A stretch of 64,000 bases of DNA from positions 68,758,001 through 68,822,000 of the forward strand of contig NC_073382.1 of NCBI RefSeq assembly GCF_028641065.1, read 5' to 3'. Every line of letters starts with the position of its first letter. Position 1 is the first letter of the stretch. Of the stretch, positions 12,436-24,104 are shown piece after piece. The translations under genes were made by a program, and so were the position numbers. Source of the DNA: Leucoraja erinacea (Eukaryota). A model generated the notes under the pieces. The model saw nothing but the letters and a program-made list of their open reading frames with translations. It made no database searches and was not told the origin of the DNA.

Positions 12436-13274
12436 CATTCTTTTCTTTCAAATTGCATTAATATTGAAGTTTTAAGTGTTTATTTACAATTTCTGGCCAT
12501 CTGTAAATGCATGATTGTTCTCTTGACTAATCCTGATGCTGGTTAGATTTTCCACTGTGGAATTGACCAATCCTAAATTATTTTCCACTTGAATAAGTTT
12601 TATCATTTGCATCCATGCTGCACTGCCATTCTGTCTTTTATTTCAGCCTGCATTTTGATTTCTACATTTAGTGAGTTTTCAGAATTTATCAGATATAGGC
12701 GCAGGACTGTACCATACAGACTCCCATACAATACAGAACACCTATTATTCAGTGTCATGCTTCATCTGAACTTTGGCCACTTTCCTGGGTGATCTGTAAT
12801 TCTTAATTCTCATACAGCTCAAAAGTCTAACTCGACCTTAAACATGCTTAATGACAGCATTCTGAGTTGTTCCACATATTCAGCATTGCAGCTTTCTGGG
12901 GTAGAGAGTCCCACTGATGCACAAACAAATGAGAGAAAAAGTACCTCCTCGTCTCAGGGGTCGATCCTTATACTGAAATTCTCTCCTTCAGTTCTAGACT
13001 TCCCCACAAGGGGAGAAAACTTCACATCATCTGCCTTGTCAATTCCCCTTGGACGTCTAAATGTTACAATAAGATTGCCTCTCATTCTTCTAACTTTTCT
13101 CACCAGGACAACTCCGAGAAATCAAACTGGTGAAGCTTTCTTAAATAAAGGCCTAGACCGTGGCAGCATTCCGAGTGTAGTCTCAGTGTGATTCCTTGTA
13201 GCAAAACATTTTCACTTTATCCTCTTTGCAATAAAGTCCTCCTAAGTTACTTGCTGTACTGGCATGTTCACTTA

Positions 13275-13500
13275 TGCCCCTGTCCCACTTAGGAAACCTG
13301 AACGGAAACCTCTGTAGACTTTGCGCCCCACCCAAGGTTTCCGTGCAGTTCCCAGAGATTGCAGGTGGTTGCCAGAGGTTGCAGGTAGTGGAAACAGGTA
13401 GGGAGACTGGCAAAAACCTCCGGGAACCGCACGAAAACCTTGGGTGGGGCACAAAGTCTCCAGAGGTTTCCGTTCAGTTTTCCTAAGTGGGACAGGGGCA
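13275..13500. mobile_element. PIF/Harbinger-type MITE
   Basis: Long terminal inverted repeats TGCCCCTGTCCCACTTAGGAAA...TTTCCTAAGTGGGACAGGGGCA; 3-bp TSD TTA. Confidence 0.88.
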
Positions 13501-13942
13501 TTACTGAGCTTTTTGTACAAAGAGATCTCTCTGATGGTTCATCTGACCTATGTGCTATTACGCAGTGTAAGTTATAACAGTGAGGTTTATTCTTGACAAG
13601 TAAGGGTGTCAGGGGTTATGGGGAGAAGGCAGGAGGATGAGGTTAGGAGGGAGAGATTGATCAGCCATGATTGAATGGTGTAGAGTTGATGGGCTGAATT
13701 GCCTAATTCTTCTCCTATCACTTATGACATGACTTTATTATTATTTGTGTAGGTGGATATTTTCCTTTATATATGTTCAACCCATATTAGTATATATTTT
13801 GGTTTGGAAGATGCTAAAATAACCAGAATGTTTTCAGCATTCATACACGGAGGAAATAGAATAACTATATAGTTTATACCATGATTACATTTGGAAATAA
13901 ACAACAGAATTAAAATTTTAAAGATGAAACTGTATTCTGCAG

Positions 13943-14043
13943 TTAAAATCCCTGATGGTGATTGGTATTGACATGAACCGGGATGCACTTAGAAAAGGAA
14001 CGTTTGTTGGATTTGTGGCAAGCATCAACTTCACGGTCACAAA
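13943..14043 (+). CDS. PIWIL4: PIWIL4-like exon containing the first catalytic Asp
   Basis: ctgcag|TTA...AA|gtaagt; LKSLMVIGIDMNRDALRKGTFVGFVASINFTVT(K); GID Asp at 13970-13972. LKSLMV and DAL are PIWIL4-type residues. Confidence 0.92.
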
Positions 14044-14684
14044 GTAAGTTCAGTTTAGTTTTATTTTAATAACTTCCAACTCTTCAAGCATTAAACTTAT
14101 ATTATACTTTCAGAATACAAGTGTTTATTGAATGCTTTCCACGAAAATATTTTAGAAGATGACTGTCTTGGGACCCAGCTATAATGCTGTTGGTCTTCTA
14201 CTGAGGCCACTATTCATATGTTGACTGGAGAGGGCTTGTTAATCTGGGAGTTCCTCAGTCCTTACATTTTCAGAAGCTTGATGTATTTTGTGTAAATGAT
14301 ATTCTGAGAAGGAAAATAATTTGTGGCCTATTGATCAGTAAAAATGGGATCCACTATGGGGATCTGCCATTGCTGTGGCCTACTCTAGATAATTCAAGGG
14401 GTAAGATTTTATTTTATAACCATATAACAATTACAGCACGGAAACAGGCCATCTCGGCCCTACAAGTCCATGCCGAACAATTTTTTTTCCCCTTCAGGGA
14501 AGGGTGCAGAGTGTTATGGTGGAAGGTTGATTTTGTTCTGATTAGTTTCGTTTTGAAGAAGTCAGGAATCAGAAATGTTCTTCTCTCTGGAAGAGGCAGT
14601 GCCTGGGTGAAGCTAACAAACAATGCCAACCAAATGTCAGTGGTTGCGCTCATTAGTTTATGCTCACTACTACTGGTTGAGGAA

Positions 14685-14735
<51 letters not shown>

Positions 14736-15108
14736 GAAAATTAACCCTGTGGCATCCCTGCACTACAGATGTCCTTTAAGCAGATGGAGCAGTGATGGAA
14801 AAATGGCAATATTTTTGCAGTGAATGACTGTTCATCTAATGGAAGGCTTGTCTGACAGTAATACACGTCTGCATTTCCTGCACATCTTATTCCTGTGAGA
14901 AGGGATATTTAATCTCAATGTGAGACATTTAAACCCTCCAAAAAAGTGTTTTCATTTGGATGCTTTTGGGCAAAGAAAGATTATTTCCCATTTCACCTGT
15001 GTGGCACAAGAAAAATGATACAAAGTTCAAATGTTCAAAATATTTTTTGAGCCAATCTTATGATTTATGTAATAATCAGAATGCTTCAATGGATGGATTT
15101 CTCTGCAG

Positions 15109-15179
15109 ATGGTTTTCACGCTGCATCTTCCAGCCTCATGGTGCAGAAGCAGCTGATTGCTTGAAAGTTTGCATGAAAG
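15109..15179 (+). CDS. PIWIL4: PIWIL4-like exon containing the glutamate finger
   Basis: ctgcag|A...G|gtactg; 71 nt encoding WFSRCIFQPHGAEAADCLKVCMK; Glu at 15146-15148. ADCLKV is PIWIL4-like. Confidence 0.92.
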
Positions 15180-15224
15180 GTACTGATATCTACTCCCTCT
15201 TTAATCTGGTTTGTCAAGCACTGT

Positions 15225-16480
15225 AAACCTTTGTTGATAAACTCCTAGCTTGCAGAAACTCCCCCTATAGCTCAGGCTCTCAAGGCCTGTCAACATCCTT
15301 GTGAATCTTCTCTGCACTCTTTCCGTCTTAATAGTATCTTTTGTATCGGAAGGTGACCAAAGTTGAGCACAATACTTCAAGTGCAGCCACACCAATGTTT
15401 TATGTGCCTTGACTAGTGCCCTAATATATGTGATAGTCAAGTTACTGGTAAAGATTTTGAGGGATAAGATGTATATGATTTTGGATAGACAGGTTGATTA
15501 GGGATAATCAGCATGGGTTTGCATCAGGGAGATCATGTCTTTCGAATTCTGATTGAGTTTTTTGAAGAAGTAACCAAAATGTTTAATGAGGGCAAAGCTG
15601 TAAATGTTGTCTCTATGGACAACAGCAAGGCATTTGACAAGGTTCCGCATAGTAGGCTGCTCTGGAAGGTTATAACACAGGGGAGATTTGGCTTCAGGGA
15701 AGGATGCAGAGTGTTATGGTGGAAGGTTGCTTTTTGGATTGGAGGCCTGTGACTAGTGGTGTGCCTCGGGGATCGGTGTTGGAGCCATTGCTGTTTGTGC
15801 TTTATATCAACAATTTAGATGAGAATGTACAAGGCCTGTTTAGCAAGTTTGCAGATGACACTTAAGTGGGTGATGTCACAGAGAACGAAGATCGTTATCG
15901 AAAATTACAGGATCAGTTGAGCAAATGGATTGACGAATCGTTAATGGAGTTTAATGCAGATAAGTGCAAGATTTTGAAATCTGGAAGTCAAATCAGGGCA
16001 GAACCTTCACAGTGAATGGGAAATCCCAGAGATCTAGGAGAGCGGGTACACAGTTCCCTGAAAGTGTCATCACAGGTAGATAGGATGATCAAGAGGTTTT
16101 TGATACGAAGGTAGACAAAAGTGCTGGAGAGGCGGGTGAGGCAGCGTCTATGGAGCGAAGGAAATGGGTAATGTTTCGGGCCGAAACCCGTCTTCAGACT
16201 GTTCAATCAAGATATTGAGTATAGAAGTTGGGTTGTTATGTTGCATTTGTACAAGACATTGGTGAGCCTTCATTTGGAATATTGTTCAATTTTGTTCATC
16301 CTGCTATAGGAAGGATGTCAGTAAACTGGAAAGAGTACAGAGAAGATTTATGGGGATTTTGCCAGGACTTGAGGACCTGATCTGACATATGGGCCAAACG
16401 CGGGCAGGTGGGACTAGTCTAGACTCTGCATGGGAGTGGACTGGAGTGACTGTCTCCAATCTAATGGCTCTATGACTCTA
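15225..16480. mobile_element. CR1 LINE fragments (- at ~15225-15400, + at ~15410-16480) with a PLE short repeat nested at ~16104-16200
   Basis: KAFDKVPH, LIEFFEEVT and HLKYCAQLWSP motifs; hammerhead core on the minus strand at 16170-16197. Confidence 0.8.
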
Positions 16481-16553
16481 TAACTAGAACATAATGACCT
16501 AACTTACTGTATATATTCAATTCCCTGTCTGATGAGGCCCAGTGTGTCATAAG

Positions 16554-18266
16554 TAGAGCCAGGATTTTGCTATACATGCCATGTGCCTTTTCATGCCTTT
16601 TTTTGATGATTTCAGGAAGATAATGACTTTTTCATGATCGAATGCCTAAATCAGCCTTTTTTGTCGTTTTAACGTCACTTACAAGAAAATTTACACCACC
16701 AGGGCAAAACCTAGCTGTAAGTGGATGTTAAGTGGTGATTGAAGAGAGGTGCGTGGGAAAGGGTCCAGTCTTTGCAAACAGGAGTCATGCTTTAAGTAGG
16801 TGTGAAGTGGTGATTGGGGAGGAGTAGGTGGGGAAGGGTCCAGTCTTTTCAAACTGGAGTCAAGCTGTGAGTAGGAGTGAAGTGTTGGTTGGAGTTACCA
16901 GGGTTAAGCTTCTGTTTATCGAAACTGCAGTAGAACTCGTTCAGTTCGTTGGTCAGCTGACGATTGTCCAAGGAGCAAGGGGTTTTCCTCTTGTAGCTTG
17001 TGATTTCTTGCAAGCCCTTCCACACTGAAGAAGAGTCATTTGCTGAGAACTTGCTCCTCAACATCTCAGAATACCTTTCTTTGGCAGCTCTGATTCCTCT
17101 TCTTAGCTTGTACTTGGCATGCCTGTAGAGGTCTGCATCCCCGTTCCTGTAGGATCTACCTTTGCAAGCATCAAAAATGCCTAAAGTCAAGTCAACACCC
17201 TGTAAAAAACTGAACGATTTGGTGTGAGTATACGGGAGTGATATATTCTCTACAGACAACTGTGTGCTGTTTTGCAATGTATGTGAGAAAACAGTGAATC
17301 ATGAGAAAAAATATTTCATCTCCACGCATGTATAATAGACAGCTAAACACAAGTTGGTGACAGAGAAACAGAAGGTAGGAAATACACAAGGTTGTCTCCT
17401 CACAACATTTATTGCTGGCTCCAATCGCATATCTGAGTTTTCGAGTGATCTGTGCAACGCATTCATTGATGCTGGAATTCCACTATAGAAATTGGAAAAC
17501 AAATCTCTGAGGTTTTTTAGGGAGTCATCATTACGGAAAAATTATGTTGACAGCAACTTCAACATTGTTGTGCAGAAAATTAGAAATGAAGTTGCATGCA
17601 ACAAAATATGGATCTCAATAGACGAGATAACTGATGCTGTGGGGAGATTTGTTGCCAATATGGTAATTGGTATACTGGAGGCAGGTCAACCATCAAAGGA
17701 GTATTTCTTGACATCGGAAGTATTGGAGAAGTTAAAGAACTGAACTATTGCTCAGTTGTTTAAATCTTCACTTGCTGTACTTTGTACTTAAAGTTCCTTG
17801 TGATGTAGGTGAAGACATACAAGGAAAATGTGAGAGTGTGATTTTAGCTAACAAAGATCTTGAAGAAATACAAAACCTAGTTAAAGTTCTCAAAGGTAGT
17901 TGTAATGCACAAGATACCGAATGGAATGTAGAGTTTGTAGCTTGTTTCAGGTATGCACCAGTGACCTCAGCTGGGGTAGAAAGAAGTTTTTCACAACTGT
18001 AGCATATTCTGTCGGACAGACGGCATAGTTCAACACCAGATAATTTGAAAAAATGCTGGTAGTTATGTGCAACCATGCAACTTTGGTCATTTTATGTAGT
18101 ATACCTTTATAATTATCATTTTTAACCATATTTTGGTGGTGGAAATAAATGCCTTTTTATGCCTTTTTTGTCTATAAATGCCTTTTTTGTGCCTTTTTTG
18201 TAATTTTATTATGCCTTTTTGCCTGCCTATTTCAGAGATTTTTAGCGCCTAAACATCCCGGCTCTA
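16554..18266 (+). mobile_element. hAT DNA transposon with degenerate CGGBP1-like transposase
   Basis: Termini TAGAGCCAGGAT and ATCCCGGCTCTA; 8-bp TSD GTCATAAG at 16546-16553 and 18267-18274. From ATG 17177: a Zn finger (LFCNVCEK...H...KH), KIWISIDEITDAVGRFVANMVIG, and YAPVTSAGVERSFS. Stops and a large internal deletion are present. Confidence 0.88.
16690..17155 (-). mobile_element. Rex1/Babar LINE fragment nested in the hAT element
   Basis: ORF 16849-17277 contains GDADLYRHAKYKLRRGIRAAKERY...SSVWKGLQEITSYK...LTNELNEFYCSF. Confidence 0.75.
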
Positions 18267-18284
18267 GTCATAAGCCTTCTTCAC

Positions 18285-18600
18285 CACCCTATATACCTGT
18301 GACACAATTTTCCGGGAACTATGTATTTGTACAACTAAATTCATGCACTCGCCGCCTACTCCCTTTCCTGGTGACCCATCTACTTACTACCTGTGCCTTA
18401 GGTGTAACCACCTCACTATCGCTCCTTTCTATAATGCTCCCATTCTCCTGGTGAATCCTAACATCATCCAACTGTAGTCTAAGCTCCTGCACATGGTAAG
18501 TCACCTGGACTTACTGGTGTAGTCCTCAGAGGCATTGGGAGTTTTCTCTAATTTCCCACAATCTGCAGGACAAGCATACCAACCAGTGCCCTAACTGTTA
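18285..18600 (-). mobile_element. CR1 ORF1 fragment
   Basis: VQELRLQLDDVRIHQE...SDSEVVTPK...WVTRKG resembles the CR1 ORF1 coiled-coil region. Confidence 0.55.
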
Positions 18601-19401
18601 TCCCCAATGCTCTAAGACCAAAGAAGAGTTTCAAAACAAAAAACCTTGCCTTAACCATCAGCCTCTGTTCAGCCTCCTAGCAGAAGAATCTTGAACCCAA
18701 ACTTCAGCCCTTACCCCCACACACTGCCCTTTGCCTCTACACAGCCATTCCCAAAATGGCTGCCGCCAAAAGACCACTCTGCTGTGCCTTTCTTCCTTTT
18801 ACACAACACCAGCAGCAGTCACTCTGGTTCATTAACGGTTGCATTTAAAATCTCCCTTGCTGCTCCTCCTCTCAGCTGCTCTCAGTAAAATGATATGAGA
18901 GGATAAAAAGTTGCTTCCCTTTGTCCCTTGACTTCAGTAATAATTTATAAGACACTGTCTGATTGATGCCATGAGTTATAATTTTGTTGAGGACAGTAAC
19001 TGAGCTTCGATAGTGAGCTGTGCACTCCGCTATAGGATCTTTGGTGCTGGACACCTCCATGCCAGAAGCCCTTCTACGAGGCAGAAGAGGCTGCATGAAG
19101 CAACCATCTGTCAGAAGCAGAATGTGAGACCCCACTGCCAGGTTTGCCCAGGCAGCCTGTGATAACTCGTTAAAGTGAAAGGTTCTAAATGTCTTTGTTA
19201 TTCAAACATGAGTTTACATATAAGGCACTGGGTGTGAAGCTAGATTAAACAGCACTGTATATTAAGTTATTCAGCCGTCTCTCTTGGCAGTGCCTGATTC
19301 TGATACTGGATTTCCAGTCAATGTATAGCAAGCAAAAATATTCTATTCACCAGAATAATAACCATCAACTTTAATCTTATTGATGACGTGATGTTGCATA
19401 G

Positions 19402-19555
19402 GTGCGTTACGTAAATGGCTTGAGTTAAATCATGATTTGCCGGGCCGCATTGTGGTTTATCGTGATGGTGTGGGAGATGGGCAACTAATGACACTGGTGG
19501 ACTATGAAGTGCCCCAAATACTTGACAGCTTCAAGGAAGTTAACTCAGATTATAG
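19402..19555 (+). CDS. PIWIL4: PIWIL4-like exon containing the second catalytic Asp
   Basis: catag|GT...AG|gtaagg; 154 nt encoding [50 protein letters not shown]; YRDG Asp at 19464-19466. Confidence 0.93.
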
Positions 19556-19659
19556 GTAAGGCTGCATTACTGCATCTACTGCAACTACTGTATTACTTGA
19601 ACAATGAACTCACTAATTAACACGTCAGCCACTGAAAGCAAATGTCCAGGTTCATAAGC

Positions 19660-20555
19660 AGTAATAAAGGCAGATGGTATGTTGCCCGTCATAACAATGG
19701 AACTAGAGTAAAGGAGCTAGAATGTGTTGCAAAGACCACACCTGGGGTATTTTGTGACCCTTTGGGCTTGTCCAAGGACAAACTTGGCAGGTAACTGAAT
19801 CATCCTACCACACCCAGAGACCAGTGCTGAACTACTATCTACCTCTTTGAAGACCCTCGGACTATCCTTGATTGAACTTGCTAGCTGTACCTTGCACTAA
19901 ACGTTATTCCCTTATCAATGTATCTATACACTGTAAAAGGATCGATTGTAATCATATGTTGCCTTTCACGCAACAAAAAGCTTTTCACTGTACCTCGGTA
20001 CAGGTGACAATAAAATAAACTCTACCGAACTGAGAAGGAGTGTAGCAGAGGCTCGTCCAATGGGTTTCTTATCATGACAGAACTTCTATATAAGTAAACA
20101 TTAGGTCGATTAGGTTTGTACTCACTGGAGTTAAGAAAAATGAGTGAGGCTCTAATTGAAGCTTCCAAAAGACTGGATGTGGGGAGAGTGTTCTGCTTGG
20201 GGCCCACAGACTACAGGGCAAGAGACTTATGACTGAGATGTGGAAAAATTTCTTAATTCAGAGACTGTGAATCTGATTTTTTTCAATTGCAAAGGCCAAG
20301 TGACTAAATCTCTTTAAGAACGAGATAGATACATTTCAGATGCCAAAAGTATTAAGGAGAGGAGAGCGTGGGAATATTGTGAGGCTTCTCCGCCATGATT
20401 AGTTTTTTAGTGTTATTATGTGTGAAATGTTTTAAATTTCATGTGCGATGCTCCGCTATTCACTGGGAAACGTCTTTTCATTTTGCACTGTACAACTGTT
20501 GCTTGCAAGATGACAATAAAGGTTGATTGATTGATTGATTGATTGATTGATTATA
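19660..20555 (+). mobile_element. Old CR1 3' fragment interrupted by Rex/L2-type 3' ends
   Basis: Degenerate CR1 RT C-terminal sequence; inserts end GTGACAATAAA (~20005) and TGACAATAAA + (TTGA)n (20511-20552). Confidence 0.55.
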
Positions 20556-20808
20556 CTGAATGACAGAAGGTCCTAACGGCCCAATGCTCCCATTTTTTTT
20601 AACCTGGGTTTATGCACACGTAACATATCATAAGCTCAGTGCACAATTGAGTGGTGAACATTTTTAATTTCCAATGAAATAATAATTTGTCACTCTCTGT
20701 TCATGCTATTTGATTTCTCAGTATTTCCAGCATCCTGTGTTTTGATTTCATATTTCCAACATCTGCAGTATTTTGGGTGTGTTTTAATGGAAGTCTTGAT
20801 CTTTTTAG

Positions 20809-20934
20809 CCCCAAAGTTACCATAATTGTAGTTCGGAAGAAAGGGACCTGTCGATTCTTCGCTGACACGAATGGAATGCTTCAAAATCCACCAGTCGGAA
20901 CCCTGATTGACAGTGAAGTGACTCGTCCTGAATG
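20809..20934 (+). CDS. PIWIL4: PIWIL4-like exon
   Basis: tttttag|C...TG|gtttgt; 126 nt encoding PKVTIIVVRKKGTCRFFADTNGMLQNPPVGTLIDSEVTRPE(W). Confidence 0.92.
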
Positions 20935-21454
20935 GTTTGTGAGAGTATAAATGAGCGGAGTAATTTCCACATCACATTGGCATTCATTGAAAAGCGCTGG
21001 AGGCAATCACCCTGGCTGAGTCACTACAGTCTGACTAGGCTGCAGTTTTTGAGAGGTTTGGTTGGAAGCACAGGCCAGCCGGGGCTCAGTGCTCTGCAGA
21101 TACAAGTCCATACAGGCCTGCAGCTGTAGTTTGGGGGACTTCAACAAAGTGTAATACCCAGTTCCCTCTCCCTGAGCAACTAATCTGCTTCATCCCTTGC
21201 TCTATAATTTACAACCTTGCCCCTTTGTGCTGCCAGCCTCTAATAATGGTCATCCCGAGTGACTGAACCAGATTTTTTTACCATATGCAGATGGAAATCT
21301 CTTTGCTGTCATGACCTTGTCAGAGGCCAATGGAAGCTTTGGCCCTTTTACTCAGAATGTTACCTCTAAAGCCAATAAGGTGTCCTCGTATATTAATAGC
21401 CGACTGATCACAATATAATGAGATTGACTTTATTTTGTTGTGTGATATTCATAG

Positions 21455-21602
21455 GTATGACTTTTTCCTAATCAGTCAGTGTGCACGTCAAGGTACAGTT
21501 TCGCCCACACACTACAATGTCGTTTACGATAACAGTTGCATGAAGCCAGATCACACACAACGGTTGACCTACAAGTTGTGTCACCTTTATTACAATTGGC
21601 CT
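21455..21602 (+). CDS. PIWIL4: PIWIL4-like exon
   Basis: catag|G...CCT|gtaagt; 148 nt encoding [49 protein letters not shown]. Confidence 0.94.
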
Positions 21603-22381
21603 GTAAGTCAACATTTTCATCACAATGATTTTTAGTTTAGAGCTGGTTTTGTCATCACTTCAACATCAATAAAATAATTCAATTATTGTTTTGTGTTAAA
21701 CTTAGCATTGTCTCGATTTTCAGAGGTGGAATCAGCTGGCCGGTGTAAATGAATGGGCTGTGATGCACTCTTCATGAAAATAAGCTAATCTTTATGTTTA
21801 GTAGAGAGTAGAGTGTTTAATCTAATTTGTTCATGATATATGTATTTTTATTTCTATTTACTTGTTGTTATATGTACTGCACACTGAATGGACACTGGTT
21901 GAGCAACGTTTTTTTGTTTCCTCTGGGTATGTGAGTACTCAGGAAATGACAATAAAGATATACTGATACTGATAATCAAAAGAGGCCTTGATGCTGGAGT
22001 TGAACTTAAAATAAAAAGCAGTATTTGAATTTGAATTTCTAAACATTTTACTATCTACAACTGTTCATTTAACTAAATGTGAATTAAGGGAATTAAGCTT
22101 TATGTTGTGTTGTGCCAGTTTAATATAATTTAGACTTTGAGGGTGCAGATTCACTTGCTTCCTCAGAAGAAATTTATTTTTTATAAATATAGTGAAAAAT
22201 TCAAGTAATATTAAAATGTTGTTGTCCGTTTTAATCTAGATGCTCCATTGTTGAATATACTTCCATAATTCATTAATATTACAACATTTGGTAACCATGT
22301 TCCATTTTTCCTTGATAAATAATTTGATAGTTTATCAATTCATACATTTAGAAGCTGTTTCCAACAATTCTTTATATGGAG

Positions 22382-22510
22382 GTGCATCAGCGAGCCCTTC
22401 TTCACCAGTAGCTGCACCATCCTGTTGATGCGGCTGTTGTTGTGGCTCTCATTGTAGCCCCTGACCCACAGTGCTTTCTTCATCGACAGCTCGTGCTCGG
22501 TCACCGTGGC
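22382..22510 (-). pseudogene. Histone H1-derived fragment (globular domain remnant)
   Basis: TVTEHELSMKKALWVRGYNESHNNSRINRMVQLLVKKGSLMH aligns by eye to H1 KKALAAxGYDVEKNNSRIKxxxKSLVxKGxLxQ; truncated and internally deleted. Confidence 0.55.
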
Positions 22511-22617
22511 ACTCCCTCTACTCTCACCAGCAGCTACTTCTTCCTGTCGGCCACTCCTGTCTGCTACCCCCCTCCACTGGCACCTCCTCCCCTCACTTTG
22601 TCCACTCCACCGCACCC

Positions 22618-22656
<39 letters not shown>

Positions 22657-23349
22657 TCACTGCCTCCTCCTCCTTCTCCCATGACTCGCTGCTATCTTCC
22701 ACACTGCAGTTCTTTGTTCCCACCTAGTTTTCAAATGATCCTGACTTCCGTACAATCTGACTTGCGCAAGGGTTTACTGAATGTAACCTTTATGTAAGTT
22801 GGGGAGTCTCTGTATTTTCTTCTGTAAAACGCCACAGTGAGAAAGAATTTCTGTAGAATTAGTCTTATTTCTAGCAATGTGTAATAAGCACTTTTTGGTT
22901 AATAACAGAAATCATCTATGACATTGAAAACTAAAACAGATGGGATTTTATTTTATATAGCAGGTTTCATATAAGCTTAAGATTTTCCTATGTAGTGCCT
23001 GTCAAACTTTTCTTCCTTACATCCACTTAAAAAATGTCATCCCATTTAATTTCATGAAAAGTAGGATCTTGTGACGTGCATGTGTTGCAACTATCTTTCT
23101 TCAATATTGAATAGAATGTCCCTTCTGTGCCTTGGTAGAAAACTCCATCTGCTAGTTGTGCAGTTGCTACCATCTTGTGACCCTTATAATGAAACTATCT
23201 TGAACCAGTACATGATTACCATGAAGTCATCAAGTGCTCAACTCACTTCTTACTAAAATTAATGTAATTGACAATTTATGTTCTCGGTGGATCATTTGGG
23301 AAATACATTGATATTCAGGAATACCTACATTTGTTTTGCATTGTTGCAG

Positions 23350-23466
23350 GGTGTGATACGTGTTCCTGCTCCATGTCAATATGCGTGCAAGCTGACAAGA
23401 TTGGTGGCCGAAAACATTCACAGAGAACCCGACCTCGAGTTGGCCGATCGCCTTTTCTTCCTGTGA
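23350..23466 (+). CDS. PIWIL4: PIWIL4-like terminal coding exon
   Basis: ttgcag|GGT; [38 protein letters not shown] followed by TGA. This is a canonical PIWI C-terminus, but with Cys in place of His in CQYAHK. Confidence 0.94.
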   Translation, partial: GVIRVPAPCQYACKLTRLVAENIHREPDLELADRLFFL

Positions 23467-24073
23467 ATCCAGGAACCAGGCAATTGGTGACCTTTCTTTC
23501 TGAAAAAAACAAAAATGTTATGCGTGTTCAGTTGTTTTTGACATCCACAATAATCTCTGCTTTAGGAAGTCTCCAAGTAAACTATATTGGAGATTTTAGA
23601 TTTGCTCTAAAAGCATAATTTACATTTACATGAAACAATATTCCTGTTACACGTTTGTTGGTCTTTCTATACATCTTTGAGAATAGAATGTTATATTTCT
23701 TAGTGTGGCAATGGTCAGCCTTAAACATTGCCTAAAAGATAGTAAATAAGCACACAAGAAAGTGTTGTATTTGCGTTGGATTTTTTATTAAGGTTGAATA
23801 TTTTTAATACTTTGTATTGTTGCTTTGGAGTACCTTAATCTAAAATTATAATCTTTGATAATTATGTTATAATCAGTAAACTAATTGTAAGGCTGGTGAA
23901 GGTACAGGACTCGCGTTAGAGTATTAATCTGTTACAGTAGATTATTCCTTAGTCCTTTCATTTCTAAACTGTTTAGTTAACTTGATTTGTACTTTTTGAT
24001 GGGTTTTTCATATTGCATATTTTACAATTACTCCTCAAAAATTATATTTCATATCTGTCCACTTTTTAAAGGT

Positions 24074-24104
24074 ATTAAAAAGCTGATACATTATGTTAAT
24101 TAAA
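24074..24104 (+). terminator. Candidate polyadenylation signals for PIWIL4 (ATTAAA x2)
   Basis: ATTAAA at 24074 and 24099 after an AT-rich ~0.6 kb putative 3' UTR, followed by a GT/T-rich tract. Confidence 0.4.

Noticed and set aside
8984-22655. Long C/G homopolymers (8984-9004, 10198-10234, 14685-14734, 22619-22655) giving poly-Pro/Gly ORFs or G-quadruplex candidates
   Set aside because: Homopolymer lengths are unreliable in assemblies, and the ORFs are by-products of the runs.
11292-23466. Assignment of the gene to PIWIL1 or PIWIL2
   Set aside because: Diagnostic residues (LKSLMV, DAL, ADCLKV, NHDLP, VRKK, DSE, GTVSPT, LELA) match PIWIL4 better by eye. A phylogeny is still needed.
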